Shown piece by piece: positions 13,729 to 28,600 of a stretch of DNA of 64,000 bases. The first letter of the stretch is position 1, and every line of letters starts with the position of its first letter. The notes under the pieces were generated by a model. It had not been told where the DNA came from and ran no database searches. It was given only the letters and a program-made list of their open reading frames with translations. A program made the translations under genes and the position numbers. The DNA is from Auanema rhodensis (taxonomy: Eukaryota; Animalia; Nematoda): positions 24,552,001 to 24,616,000 of the forward strand of contig OZ059894.1 of assembly GCA_964057225.1 (NCBI GenBank), written 5' to 3'.

Positions 13729-15312
13729 ATTTATGCTAATTAATTGTACACGTGATGTGCACTTGGTATGTAACTCGCTTCACGTGAAAGATAAAGAGAT
13801 GCGGTTTTCAAAATTAGATTCCCCATGTCCATATTAGTCTAAAAACAAATTTTTATTGATATTGGTGCATGGTAACCATGACTTTGAAATTTACGTGAAC
13901 TATAATTTATGCTAATTAAATGTACACGTGATGTGCACTTGGTATGTAACTCGCTTCACGTGAAAGATAAAGAGATGCGGTTTTCAAAATTAGATTCCCC
14001 ATGTCCATATTAGTCTAAAAACAAATTTTTATTGATATTGGTGCATGGTAACCATGACTTTGAAATTTACGTGAACTTTAATTTATGCTAATTAAATGTA
14101 CACGTGATGTGCACTTGGTATGTAACTCGCTTCACGTGAAAGATAAAGAGATGCGGTTTTCAAAATTAGATTCCCCATGTCCATATTAGTCTAAAAACAA
14201 ATTTTTATTGATATTGGTGCATGGTAACCATGACTTTGAAATTTACGTGAACTTTAATTTATGCTAATTAAATGTACACGTGATGTGCACTTGGTATGTA
14301 ACTCGCTTCACGTGAAAGATAAAGAGATGCGGTTTTCAAAATTAGATTCCCCATGTCCATATTAGTCTAAAAACAAATTTTTATTGATATTGGTGCATGG
14401 TAACCATGACTTTGAAATTTACGTGAACTTTAATTTATGCTAATTAAATGTACACGTGATGTGCACTTGGTATGTAACTCGCTTCACGTGAAAGATAAAG
14501 AGATGCGGTTTTCAAAATTAGATTCCTCATGTCCATATTAGTCTAAAAACAAATTTTTATTGATATTGGTTCATGGTAACCATGACTTTGAAATTTACGT
14601 GAACTTTAATTTATGCTAATTAATTGTACACGTGATGTGCACTTGGTATGTAACTCGCTTCACGTGAAAGATAAAGAGATGCGGTTTTCAAAATTAGATT
14701 CCCCATGTCCATATTAGTCTAAAAACAAATTTTTATTGATATTGGTGCATGGTAACCATGACTTTGAAATTTACGTGAACTATAATTTATGCTAATTAAA
14801 TGTACACGTGATGTGCACTTGGTATGTAACTCGCTTCACGTGAAAGATAAAGAGATGCGGTTTTCAAAATTAGATTCCCCATGTCCATATTAGTCTAAAA
14901 ACAAATTTTTATTGATATTGGTGCATGGTAACCATGACTTTGAAATTTACGTGAACTTTAATTTATGCTAATTAAATGTACACGTGATGTGCACTTGGTA
15001 TGTAACTCGCTTCACGTGAAAGATAAAGAGATGCGGTTTTCAAAATTAGATTCCCCATGTCCATATTAGTCTAAAAACAAATTTTTATTGATATTGGTGC
15101 ATGGTAACCATGACTTTGAAATTTACGTGAACTTTAATTTATGCTAATTAAATGTACACGTGATGTGCACTTGGTATGTAACTCGCTTCACGTGAAAGAT
15201 AAAGAGATGCGGTTTTCAAAATTAGATTCCTCATGTCCATATTAGTCTAAAAACAAATTTTTATTGATATTGGTTCATGGTAACCATGACTTTGAAATTT
15301 ACGTGAACTTTG
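13729..15312 (+). repeat. 5-monomer-period (880-bp) local duplication
   Basis: TAATTGTAC at ~13741 and ~14621, ACTATAA at ~13899 and ~14779 (offset 880). Each is followed by a run of G139 monomers ending in a CCTC monomer. The second copy is one monomer shorter. Confidence 0.7.
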
Positions 15313-16070
15313 ATTTATGCTAATTAAATGTACACGTGATGTGCACTTGGTATGTAACTCGCTTCACGTGAAAGATAAAGAGATGCGGTGTTCAAAATAA
15401 GATTCCCCATGTCCATATTAGTCTAAAAACAAATTTTTATTGATATTGGTGCATGGTAACCATGACTTTGAAATTTACGTGAACTTTAATTTATGCTAAT
15501 TAAATGTACACGTGATGTGCACTTGGTATGTAACTCGCTTCACGTGAAAGATAAAGAGATGCGGTTTTCAAAATTAGATTCCCCATGTCCATATTAGTCT
15601 AAAAACAAATTTTTATTGATATTGGTGCATGGTAACCATGACTTTGAAATTTACGTGAACTTTAATTTATGCTAATTAAATGTACACGTGATGTGCACTT
15701 GGTATGTAACTCGCTTCACGTGAAAGATAAAGAGATGCGGTTTTCAAAATTAGATTCCTCATGTCCATATTAGTCTAAAAACAAATTTTTATTGATATTG
15801 GTTCATGGTAACCATGACTTTGAAATTTACGTGAACTTTGATTTATGCTAATTAAATGTACACGTGATGTGCACTTGGTATGTAACTCGCTTCACGTGAA
15901 AGATAAAGAGATGCGGTGTTCAAAATAAGATTCCCCATGTCCATATTAGTCTAAAAACAAATTTTTATTGATATTGGTGCATGGTAACCATGACTTTGAA
16001 ATTTACGTGAACTTTAATTTATGCTAATTAAATGTACACGTGATGTGCACTTGGTATGTAACTCGCTTCA
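15137..16070 (+). repeat. 3-monomer (528-bp) duplication, also present at about 42593-43530
   Basis: CCTC, TTTGATTT and GGTGTTCAAAATAAGA at ~15231/15312/15390, repeated at ~15759/15840/15918. Confidence 0.8.
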
Positions 16071-19000
16071 CGTGAAAAATGAAGAGATGCGGTTTTCAAA
16101 ATTAGATTCCCCATGTCCATATTAGTCTAAAAACAAATTTTTATTGATATTGGTTCATGGTAACCATGACTTTGAAATTTACGTGAACTTTAATTTATGC
16201 TAAATAAATGTACACGTGATGTGCACTTGGTATGTAACTCGCTTCACGTGAAAGATAAAGTGATGCGGTTTTCAGAATTAGATTCCCCATGTCCATATTA
16301 GTCTAAAAACAAATTGTTATTGATATGGGTGCATGGTAACCATGACTTTGAAATTTACGTGAACTTTAATTTATGCTAATTAAATGTACACGTGATGTGC
16401 ACTTGGTATGTAACTCGCTTCACGTGAAAGATAAAGAGATGCGGTTTTCAAAATTAGATTCCCCATGTCCATATTAGTCTAAAAACAAATTTTTATTGAT
16501 ATTGGTGCATGGTAACCATGACTTTGAAATTTACGTGAACTTTAATTTATGCTAAATAAATGTACACGTGATGTGCACTTGGTATGTAACTCGCTTCACG
16601 TGAAAGATAAAGTGATGCGGTTTTCAAAATTAGATTCCCCATGTCCATATTAGTCTAAAAACAAATTTTTATTGATATTGGTTCATGGTAACCATGACTT
16701 TGAAATTTACGTGAACTTTAATTTATGCTAATTAAATGTACACGTGATGTGCACTTGGTATGTATTTCGCTTCACGTGAAAGATAAAGAGATGCGGTTTT
16801 CAAAATTAGATTCCCCATGTCCATATTAGTCTAAAAACAAATTGTTATTGATATGGGTGCATGGTAACCATGACTTTGAAATTTACGTGAACTTTAATTT
16901 ATGCTAATTAAATGTACACGTGATGTGCACTTGGTATGTAACTCGCTTCACGTGAAAGATAAAGAGATGCGGTTTTCAAAATTAGATTCTTCATGTCCAT
17001 ATTAGTCTAAAAACAAATTTTCATTGATATTGGTGCATGGTAACCATGACTTTGAAATTTACGTGAACTTTAATTTATGCTAAATAAATGTACACGTGAT
17101 GTGCACTTGGTATGTAACTCGCTTCACGTGAAAGATAAAGTGATGCGGTTTTCAAAATTAGATTCCCCATGTCCATATTAGTCTAAAAACAAATTTTTAT
17201 TGATATTGGTTCATGGTAACCATGACTTTGAAATTTACGTGAACTTTAATTTATGCTAATTAAATGTACACGTGATGTGCACTTGGTATGTAACTCGCTT
17301 CACGTGAAAGATAAAGAGATGCGGTTTTCAAAATTTGATTCCCCATGTCCATATTAGTCTAAAAACAAATTTTTATTGATATTGGTGCATGGTAACCATG
17401 ACTTTGAAATTTACGTGAACTTTAATTTATGCTAAATAAATGTACACGTGATGTGCACTTGGTATGTAACTCGCTTCACGTGAAAGATAAAGTGATGCGG
17501 TTTTCAAAATTAGATTCCCCATGTCCATATTAGTCTAAAAACAAATTTTTATTGATATTGGTTCATGGTAACCATGACTTTGAAATTTACGTGAACTTTA
17601 ATTTATGCTAATTAAATGTACACGTGATGTGCACTTGGTATGTATTTCGCTTCACGTGAAAGATAAAGAGATGCGGTTTTCAAAATTAGATTCCCCATGT
17701 CCATATTAGTCTAAAAACAAATTTTTATTGATATTGGTTCATGGTAACCATGACTTTGAAATTTACGTGAACTTTAATTTATGCTAATTAAATGTACACG
17801 TGATGTGCACTTGGTATGTATTTCGCTTCACGTGAAAGATAAAGAGATGCGGTTTTCAAAATTAGATTCCCCATGTCCATATTAGTCTAAAAACAAATTT
17901 TCATTGATATTGGTGCATGGTAACCATGACTTTGAAATTTACGTGAACTTTAATTTATGCTAAATAAATGTACACGTGATGTGCACTTGGTATGTAACTC
18001 GCTTCACGTGAAAGATAAAGTGATGCGGTTTTCAAAATTAGATTCCCCATGTCCATATTAGTCTAAAAACAAATTGTTATTGATATGGGTGCATGGTAAC
18101 CATGACTTTGAAATTTACGTGAACTTTAATTTATGCTAATTAAATGTACACGTGATGTGCACTTGGTATGTAACTCGCTTCACGTGAAAGATAAAGAGAT
18201 GCGGTTTTCAAAATTAGATTCCCCATGTCCATATTAGTCTAAAAACAAATTGTTATTGATATGGGTGCATGGTAACCATGACTTTGAAATTTACGTGAAC
18301 TTTAATTTATGCTAATTAAATGTACACGTGATGTGCACTTGGTATGTAACTCGCTTCACGTGAAAGATAAAGAGATGCGGTTTTCAAAATTAGATTCTTC
18401 ATGTCCATATTAGTCTAAAAACAAATTTTCATTGATATTGGTGCATGGTAACCATGACTTTGAAATTTACGTGAACTTTAATTTATGCTAAATAAATGTA
18501 CACGTGATGTGCACTTGGTATGTAACTCGCTTCACGTGAAAGATAAAGTGATGCGGTTTTCAAAATTAGATTCCCCATGTCCATATTAGTCTAAAAACAA
18601 ATTTTTATTGATATTGGTTCATGGTAACCATGACTTTGAAATTTACGTGAACTTTAATTTATGCTAATTAAATGTACACGTGATGTGCACTTGGTATGTA
18701 ACTCGCTTCACGTGAAAGATAAAGAGATGCGGTTTTCAAAATTTGATTCCCCATGTCCATATTAGTCTAAAAACAAATTTTTATTGATATTGGTGCATGG
18801 TAACCATGACTTTGAAATTTACGTGAACTTTAATTTATGCTAATTAAATGTACACGTGATGTGCACTTGGTATGTAACTCGCTTCACGTGAAAGATAAAG
18901 AGATGCGGTTTTCAAAATTAGATTCCCCATGTCCATATTAGTCTAAAAACAAATTTTTATTGATATTGGTTCATGATAACCATGACTTTGAAATTTACGT

Positions 19001-19196
19001 GAACTTTAATTTATGCTATTTAAATGTACACGTGATGTGCACTTGGTATGTAACTCGCTTCACGTGAAAGATAAAGAGATGCGGTTTTCAAAATTAGATT
19101 CCCCATGTCCATATTAGTCTAAAAACAAATTTTTATTGATATTGGTGCCTGGTAACCATGACTTTGAAATTTACGTGAACTTTAATTTATGCTAAA

Positions 19197-22100
19197 TAAA
19201 TGTACACGTGATGTGCACTTGGTATGTAACTCGCTTCACGTGAAAGATAAAGTGATGCGGTTTTCAAAATTAGATTCCCCATGTCCATATTAGTCTAAAA
19301 ACAAATTTTTATTGATATTGGTTCATGGTAACCATGACTTTGAAATTTACGTGAACTTTAATTTATGCTAATTAAATGTACACGTGATGTGCACTTGGTA
19401 TGTATTTCGCTTCACGTGAAAGATAAAGAGATGCGGTTTTCAAAATTAGATTCCCCATGTCCATATTAGTCTAAAAACAAATTTTTATTGATATTGGTTC
19501 ATGGTAACCATGACTTTGAAATTTACGTGAACTTTAATTTATGCTAATTAAATGTACACGTGATGTGCACTTGGTATGTAACTCGCTTCACGTGAAAGAT
19601 AAAGAGATGCGGTTTTCAAAATTTGATTCCCCATGTCCATATTAGTCTAAAAACAAATTTTTATTGATATTGGTGCATGGTAACCATGACTTTGAAATTT
19701 ACGTGAACTTTAATTTATGCTAATTAAATGTACACGTGATGTGCACTTGGTATGTAACTCGCTTCACGTGAAAGATAAAGAGATGCGGTTTTCAAAATTA
19801 GATTCCCCATGTTCATATTAGTCTAAAAACAAATTTTTATTGATATTGGTGCATGGTAACCATGACTTTGAAATTTACGTGAACTTTAATTTATGCTAAT
19901 TAAATGTACACGTGATGTGCACTTGGTATGTAACTCGCTTCACGTGAGAGATAAAGAGATGCGGTTTTCAAAATTAGATTCCCCATGTCCATATTAGTCT
20001 AAAAACAAATTTTTATTGATATTGGTGCCTGGTAACCATGACTTTGAAATTTACGTGAACTTTAATTTATGCTAAATAAATGTACACGTGATGTGCACTT
20101 GGTATGTAACTCGCTTCACGTGAAAGATAAAGAGATGCGGTTTTCAAAATTAGATTCCCCATGTCCATATTAGTCTAAAAACAAATTTTTATTGATATTG
20201 GTGCATGGTAACCATGACTTTGAAATTTACGTGAACTTTAATTTATGCTAAATAAATGTACACGTGATGTGCACTTGGTATGTAACTCGCTTCACGTGAA
20301 AGATAAAGTGATGCGGTTTTCAAAATTAGATTCCCCATGTCCATATTAGTCTAAAAACAAATTTTTATTGATATTGGTGCCTGGTAACCATGACTTTGAA
20401 ATTTACGTGAACTTTAATTTATGCTAAATAAATGTACACGTGATGTGCACTTGGTATGTAACTCGCTTCACGTGAAAGATAAAGTGATGCGGTTTTCAAA
20501 ATTAGATTCCCCATGTCCATATTAGTCTAAAAACAAATTTTTATTGATATTGGTTCATGGTAACCATGACTTTGAAATTTACGTGAACTTTAATTTATGC
20601 TAATTAAATGTACACGTGATGTGCACTTGGTATGTATTTCGCTTCACGTGAAAGATAAAGAGATGCGGTTTTCAAAATTAGATTCCCCATGTCCATATTA
20701 GTCTAAAAACAAATTTTTATTGATATTGGTTCATGGTAACCATGACTTTGAAATTTACGTGAACTTTAATTTATGCTAATTAAATGTACACGTGATGTGC
20801 ACTTGGTATGTAACTCGCTTCACGTGAAAGATAAAGAGATGCGGTTTTCAAAATTTGATTCCCCATGTCCATATTAGTCTAAAAACAAATTTTTATTGAT
20901 ATTGGTGCATGGTAACCATGACTTTGAAATTTACGTGAACTTTAATTTATGCTAATTAAATGTACACGTGATGTGCACTTGGTATGTAACTCGCTTCACG
21001 TGAAAGATAAAGTGATGCGGTTTTCAAAATTAGATTCCCCATGTCCATATTAGTCTAAAAACAAATTTTTATTGATATTGGTTCATGGTAACCATGACTT
21101 TGAAATTTACGTGAACTTTAATTTATGCTAATTAAATGTACACGTGATGTGCACTTGGTATGTATTTCGCTTCACGTGAAAGATAAAGAGATGCGGTTTT
21201 CAAAATTAGATTCCCCATGTCCATATTAGTCTAAAAACAAATTTTTATTGATATTGGTTCATGGTAACCATGACTTTGAAATTTACGTGAACTTTAATTT
21301 ATGCTAATTAAATGTACACGTGATGTGCACTTGGTATGTAACTCGCTTCACGTGAAAGATAAAGAGATGCGGTTTTCAAAATTTGATTCCCCATGTCCAT
21401 ATTAGTCTAAAAACAAATTTTTATTGATATTGGTGCATGGTAACCATGACTTTGAAATTTACGTGAACTTTAATTTATGCTAATTAAATGTACACGTGAT
21501 GTGCACTTGGTATGTAACTCGCTTCACGTGAAAGATAAAGAGATGCGGTTTTCAAAATTAGATTCCCCATGTTCATATTAGTCTAAAAACAAATTTTTAT
21601 TGATATTGGTGCATGGTAACCATGACTTTGAAATTTACGTGAACTTTAATTTATGCTAATTAAATGTACACGTGATGTGCACTTGGTATGTAACTCGCTT
21701 CACGTGAGAGATAAAGAGATGCGGTTTTCAAAATTAGATTCCCCATGTCCATATTAGTCTAAAAACAAATTTTTATTGATATTGGTGCCTGGTAACCATG
21801 ACTTTGAAATTTACGTGAACTTTAATTTATGCTAAATAAATGTACACGTGATGTGCACTTGGTATGTAACTCGCTTCACGTGAAAGATAAAGAGATGCGG
21901 TTTTCAAAATTAGATTCCCCATGTCCATATTAGTCTAAAAACAAATTTTTATTGATATTGGTGCATGGTAACCATGACTTTGAAATTTACGTGAACTTTA
22001 ATTTATGCTAAATAAATGTACACGTGATGTGCACTTGGTATGTAACTCGCTTCACGTGAAAGATAAAGTGATGCGGTTTTCAAAATTAGATTCCCCATGT

Positions 22101-22716
22101 CCATATTAGTCTAAAAACAAATTTTTATTGATATTGGTGCCTGGTAACCATGACTTTGAAATTTACGTGAACTTTAATTTATGCTAAATAAATGTACACG
22201 TGATGTGCACTTGGTATGTAACTCGCTTCACGTGAAAGATAAAGTGATGCGGTTTTCAAAATTAGATTCCCCATGTCCATATTAGTCTAAAAACAAATTT
22301 TTATTGATATTGGTTCATGGTAACCATGACTTTGAAATTTACGTGAACTTTAATTTATGCTAATTAAATGTACACGTGATGTGCACTTGGTATGTATTTC
22401 GCTTCACGTGAAAGATAAAGAGATGCGGTTTTCAAAATTAGATTCCCCATGTCCATATTAGTCTAAAAACAAATTTTTATTGATATTGGTTCATGGTAAC
22501 CATGACTTTGAAATTTACGTGAACTTTAATTTATGCTAATTAAATGTACACGTGATGTGCACTTGGTATGTAACTCGCTTCACGTGAAAGATAAAGAGAT
22601 GCGGTTTTCAAAATTTGATTCCCCATGTCCATATTAGTCTAAAAACAAATTTTTATTGATATTGGTGCATGGTAACCATGACTTTGAAATTTACGTGAAC
22701 TTTAATTTATGCTAAT
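19197..22716 (+). repeat. Tandem duplication of a 10-monomer (1760-bp) block
   Basis: GTGAGAG at ~19947 and ~21707, GTGCCTGG at ~20029/20381 and ~21789/22141. All offsets are 1760. Confidence 0.82.
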
Positions 22717-25601
22717 TAAATGTACACGTGATGTGCACTTGGTATGTAACTCGCTTCACGTGAAAGATAAAGAGATGCGGTTTTCAAAATTAGATTCCCC
22801 ATGTTCATATTAGTCTAAAAACAAATTTTTATTGATATTGGTGCATGGTAACCATGACTTTGAAATTTACGTGAACTTTAATTTATGCTAATTAAATGTA
22901 CACGTGATGTGCACTTGGTATGTAACTCGCTTCACGTGAGAGATAAAGAGATGCGGTTTTCAAAATTAGATTCCCCATGTCCATATTAGTCTAAAAACAA
23001 ATTTTTATTGATATTGGTTCATGATAACCATGACTTTGAAATTTACGTGAACTTTAATTTATGCTATTTAAATGTACACGTGATGTGCACTTGGTATGTA
23101 ACTCGCTTCACGTGAAAGATAAAGAGATGCGGTTTTCAAAATTAGATTCCCCATGTCCATATTAGTCTAAAAACAAATTTTTATTGATATTGGTGCATGG
23201 TAACCATGACTTTGAAATTTACGTGAACTTTAATTTATGCTAAATAAATGTACACGTGATGTGCACTTGGTATGTAACTCGCTTCACGTGAAAGATAAAG
23301 TGATGCGGTTTTCAAAATTAGATTCCCCATGTCCATATTAGTCTAAAAACAAATTTTTATTGATATTGGTTCATGGTAACCATGACTTTGAAATTTACGT
23401 GAACTTTAATTTATGCTAATTAAATGTACACGTGATGTGCACTTGGTATGTATTTCGCTTCACGTGAAAGATAAAGAGATGCGGTTTTCAAAATTTGATT
23501 CCCCATGTCCATATTAGTCTAAAAACAAATTTTTATTGATATTGGTGCATGGTAACCATGACTTTGAAATTTACGTGAACTTTAATTTATGCTAATTAAA
23601 TGTACACGTGATGTGCACTTGGTATGTAACTCGCTTCACGTGAAAGATAAAGAGATGCGGTTTTCAAAATTAGATTCCCCATGTCCATATTAGTCTAAAA
23701 ACAAATTGTTATTGATATTGGTGCATGGTAACCATGACTTTGAAATTTACGTGAACTTTAATTTATGCTAAATAAATGTACACGTGATGTGCACTTGGTA
23801 TGTAACTCGCTTCACGTGAAAGATAAAGTGATGCGGTTTTCAAAATTAGATTCCCCATGTCCATATTAGTCTAAAAACAAATTTTTATTGATATTGGTTC
23901 ATGGTAACCATGACTTTGAAATTTACGTGAACTTTAATTTATGCTAATTAAATGTACACGTGATGTGCACTTGGTATGTATTTCGCTTCACGTGAAAGAT
24001 AAAGAGATGCGGTTTTCAAAATTAGATTCCCCATGTCCATATTAGTCTAAAAACAAATTGTTATTGATATGGGTGCATGGTAACCATGACTTTGAAATTT
24101 ACGTGAACTTTAATTTATGCTAATTAAATGTACACGTGATGTGCACTTGGTATGTAACTCGCTTCACGTGAAAGATAAAGAGATGCGGTTTTCAAAATTA
24201 GATTCCCCATGTCCATATTAGTCTAAAAACAAATTTTTATTGATATTGGTGCATGGTAACCATGACTTTGAAATTTACGTGAACTTTAATTTATGCTAAA
24301 TAAATGTACACGTGATGTGCACTTGGTATGTAACTCGCTTCACGTGAAAGATAAAGTGATGCGGTTTTCAAAATTAGATTCCCCATGTCCATATTAGTCT
24401 AAAAACAAATTTTTATTGATATTGGTGCATGGTAACCATGACTTTGAAATTTACGTGAACTTTAATTTATGCTAATTAAATGTACACGTGATGTGCACTT
24501 GGTATGTAACTCGCTTCACGTGAAAGATAAAGAGATGCGGTTTTCAAAATTAGATTCCCCATGTCCATATTAGTCTAAAAACAAATTTTTATTGATATTG
24601 GTGCATGGTAACCATGACTTTGAAATTTACGTGAACTTTAATTTATGCTAAATAAATGTACACGTGATGTGCACTTGGTATGTAACTCGCTTCACGTGAA
24701 AGATAAAGTGATGCGGTTTTCAAAATTAGATTCCCCATGTCCATATTAGTCTAAAAACAAATTTTTATTGATATTGGTGCATGGTAACCATGACTTTGAA
24801 ATTTACGTGAACTTTAATTTATGCTAAATAAATGTACACGTGATGTGCACTTGGTATGTAACTCGCTTCACGTGAAAGATAAAGTGATGCGGTTTTCAAA
24901 ATTAGATTCCCCATGTCCATATTAGTCTAAAAACAAATTTTTATTGATATTGGTGCATGGTAACCATGACTTTGAAATTTACGTGAACTTTAATTTATGC
25001 TAATTAAATGTACACGTGATGTGCACTTGGTATGTAACTCGCTTCACGTGAAAGATAAAGAGATGCGGTTTTCAAAATTAGATTCCCCATGTCCATATTA
25101 GTCTAAAAACAAATTTTTATTGATATTGGTTCATGATAACCATGACTTTGAAATTTACGTGAACTTTAATTTATGCTAATTAAATGTACACGTGATGTGC
25201 ACTTGGTATGTAACTCGCTTCACGTGTAAGATAAAGAGATGCGGTTTTCAAAATTAGATTCCCCATGTCCATATTAGTCTAAAAACAAATTTTTATTGAT
25301 ATTGGTGCATGGTAACCATGACTTTGAAATTTACGTGAACTTTAATTTATGCTAAATAAATGTACACGTGATGTGCACTTGGTATGTAACTCGCTTCACG
25401 TGAAAGATAAAGTGATGCGGTTTTCAAAATTAGATTCCCCATGTCCATATTAGTCTAAAAACAAATTTTTATTGATATTGGTGCATGGTAACCATGACTT
25501 TGAAATTTACGTGAACTTTAATTTATGCTAATTAAATGTACACGTGATGTGCACTTGGTATGTAACTCGCTTCACGTGAAAGATAAAGAGATGCGGTTTT
25601 C

Positions 25602-28600
25602 AAAATTAGATTCCCCATGTCCATATTAGTCTAAAAACAAATTTTTATTGATATTGGTTCTTGGTAACCATGACTTTGAAATTTACGTGAACTTTAATTT
25701 ATGCTAATTAAATGTACACGTGATGTGCACTTGGTATGTAACTCGCTTCACGTGAAAGATAAAGAGATGCGGTTTTCAAAATTAGATTCCCCATGTCCAT
25801 ATTAGTCTAAAAACAAATTTTTATTGATATTGGTTCATGGTAACCATGACTTTGAAATTTACGTGAACTTTAATTTATGCTAATTAAATGTACACGTGAT
25901 GTGCACTTGGTATGTATTTCGCTTCACGTGAAAGATAAAGAGATGCGGTTTTCAAAATTAGATTCCCCATGTCCATATTAGTCTAAAAACAAATTTTTAT
26001 TGATATTGGTTCATGGTAACCATGACTTTGAAATTTACGTGAACTTTAATTTATGCTAATTAAATGTACACGTGATGTGCACTTGGTATGTATTTCGCTT
26101 CACGTGAAAGATAAAGAGATGCGGTTTTCAAAATTAGATTCCCCATGTCCATATTAGTCTAAAAACAAATTTTTATTGATATTGGTTCATGGTAACCATG
26201 ACTTTGAAATTTACGTGAACTTTAATTTATGCTAATTAAATGTACACGTGATGTGCACTTGGTATGTATTTCGCTTCACGTGAAAGATAAAGAGATGCGG
26301 TTTTCAAAATTAGATTCCCCATGTCCATATTAGTCTAAAAACAAATTGTTATTGATATGGGTGCATGGTAACCATGACTTTGAAATTTACGTGAACTTTA
26401 ATTTATGCTAATTAAATGTACACGTGATGTGCACTTGGTATGTAACTCGCTTCACGTGAAAGATAAAGAGATGCGGTTTTCAAAATTAGATTTCCCATGT
26501 CCATATTAGTCTAAAAACAAATTTTTATTGATATTGGTTCATGGTAACCATGACTTTGAAATTTACGTGAACTTTAATTTATGCTAATTAAATGTACACG
26601 TGATGTGCACTTGGTATGTAACTCGCTTCACGTGAAAGATAAAGAGATGCGGTTTTCAAAATTTGATTCCCCATGTCCATATTAGTCTAAAAACAAATTT
26701 TTATTGATATTGGTGCATGGTAACCATGACTTTGAAATTTACGTGAACTTTAATTTATGCTAATTAAATGTACACGTGATGTGCACTTGGTATGTAACTC
26801 GCTTCACGTGAAAGATAAAGAGATGCGGTTCTCAAAATTAGATTCCCCATGTCCATATTAGTCTAAAAACAAATTTTTATTGATATTGGTTCATGATAAC
26901 CATGACTTTGAAATTTACGTGAACTTTAATTTATGCTAATTAAATGTACACGTGATGTGCACTTGGTATGTAACTCGCTTCACGTGTAAGATAAAGAGAT
27001 GCGGTTTTCAAAATTAGATTCCCCATGTCCATATTAGTCTAAAAACAAATTTTTATTGATATTGGTGCATGGTAACCATGACTTTGAAATTTACGTGAAC
27101 TTTAATTTATGCTAAATAAATGTACACGTGATGTGCACTTGGTATGTAACTCGCTTCACGTGAAAGATAAAGTGATGCGGTTTTCAAAATTAGATTCCCC
27201 ATGTCCATATTAGTCTAAAAACAAATTTTTATTGATATTGGTGCATGGTAACCATGACTTTGAAATTTACGTGAACTTTAATTTATGCTAATTAAATGTA
27301 CACGTGATGTGCACTTGGTATGTAACTCGCTTCACGTGAAAGATAAAGAGATGCGGTTTTCAAAATTAGATTCCCCATGTCCATATTAGTCTAAAAACAA
27401 ATTTTTATTGATATTGGTTCATGGTAACCATGACTTTGAAATTTACGTGAACTTTAATTTATGCTAATTAAATGTACACGTGATGTGCACTTGGTATGTA
27501 ACTCGCTTCACGTGAAAGATAAAGAGATGCGGTTTTCAAAATTTGATTTCCCATGTCCATATTAGTCTAGAAACAAACTTTTATTGATATTGGTTCATGG
27601 TAACCATGACTTTGAAATTTACGTGAACTTTAATTTATGCTAATTAAATGTACACGTGATGTGCACTTGGTATGTAACTCGCTTCACGTGAAAGATAAAG
27701 AGATGCGGTTTTCAAAATTAGATTCCCCATGTTCATATTAGTCTAAAAACAAATTTTTATTGATATTGGTGCATGGTAACCATGACTTTGAAATTTACGT
27801 GAACTTTAATTTATGCTAATTAAATGTACACGTGATGTGCACTTGGTATGTAACTCGCTTCACGTGAAAGATAAAGTGATGCGGTTTTCAAAATTAGATT
27901 CCCCATGTCCATATTAGTCTAAAAACAAATTTTTATTGATATTGGTTCATGGTAACCATGACTTTGAAATTTACGTGAACTTTAATTTATGCTAATTAAA
28001 TGTACACGTGATGTGCACTTGGTATGTAACTCGCTTCACGTGAAAGATAAAGAGATGCGGTTTTCAAAATTTGATTCCCCATGTCCATATTAGTCTAAAA
28101 ACAAATTTTTATTGATATTGGTTCATGGTAACCATGACTTTGAAATTTACGTGAACTTTAATTTATGCTAATTAAATGTACACGTGATGTGCACTTGGTA
28201 TGTAACTCGCTTCACGTGAAAGATAAAGAGATGCGGTTTTTAAAATTAGATTCCCCATGTCCATATTAGTCTAAAAACAAATTTTTATTGATATTGGTTC
28301 TTGGTAACCATGACTTTGAAATTTACGTGAACTTTAATTTATGCTAATTAAATGTACACGTGATGTGCACTTGGTATGTAACTCGCTTCACGTGAAAGAT
28401 AAAGAGATGCGGTTTTCAAAATTAGATTCCCCATGTCCATATTAGTCTAAAAACAAATTTTTATTGATATTGGTTCATGGTAACCATGACTTTGAAATTT
28501 ACGTGAACTTTAATTTATGCTAATTAAATGTACACGTGATGTGCACTTGGTATGTATTTCGCTTCACGTGAAAGATAAAGAGATGCGGTTTTCAAAATTA

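Larger units (their letters stand above)
3345..16070 (+). repeat. Large block, copy A (about 72 monomers), homologous to about 22353-43530
   Basis: Ordered rare markers: GTGAGAG (~3931), TTCTTGG (~6829), CTAGAAACAAACT (~8736), AAGTGTACACATG (~11806), CTTAGTA (~12882), GGTGTTCAAAATAAGA (~15387 and ~15915). They recur in the same order downstream. Confidence 0.85.
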
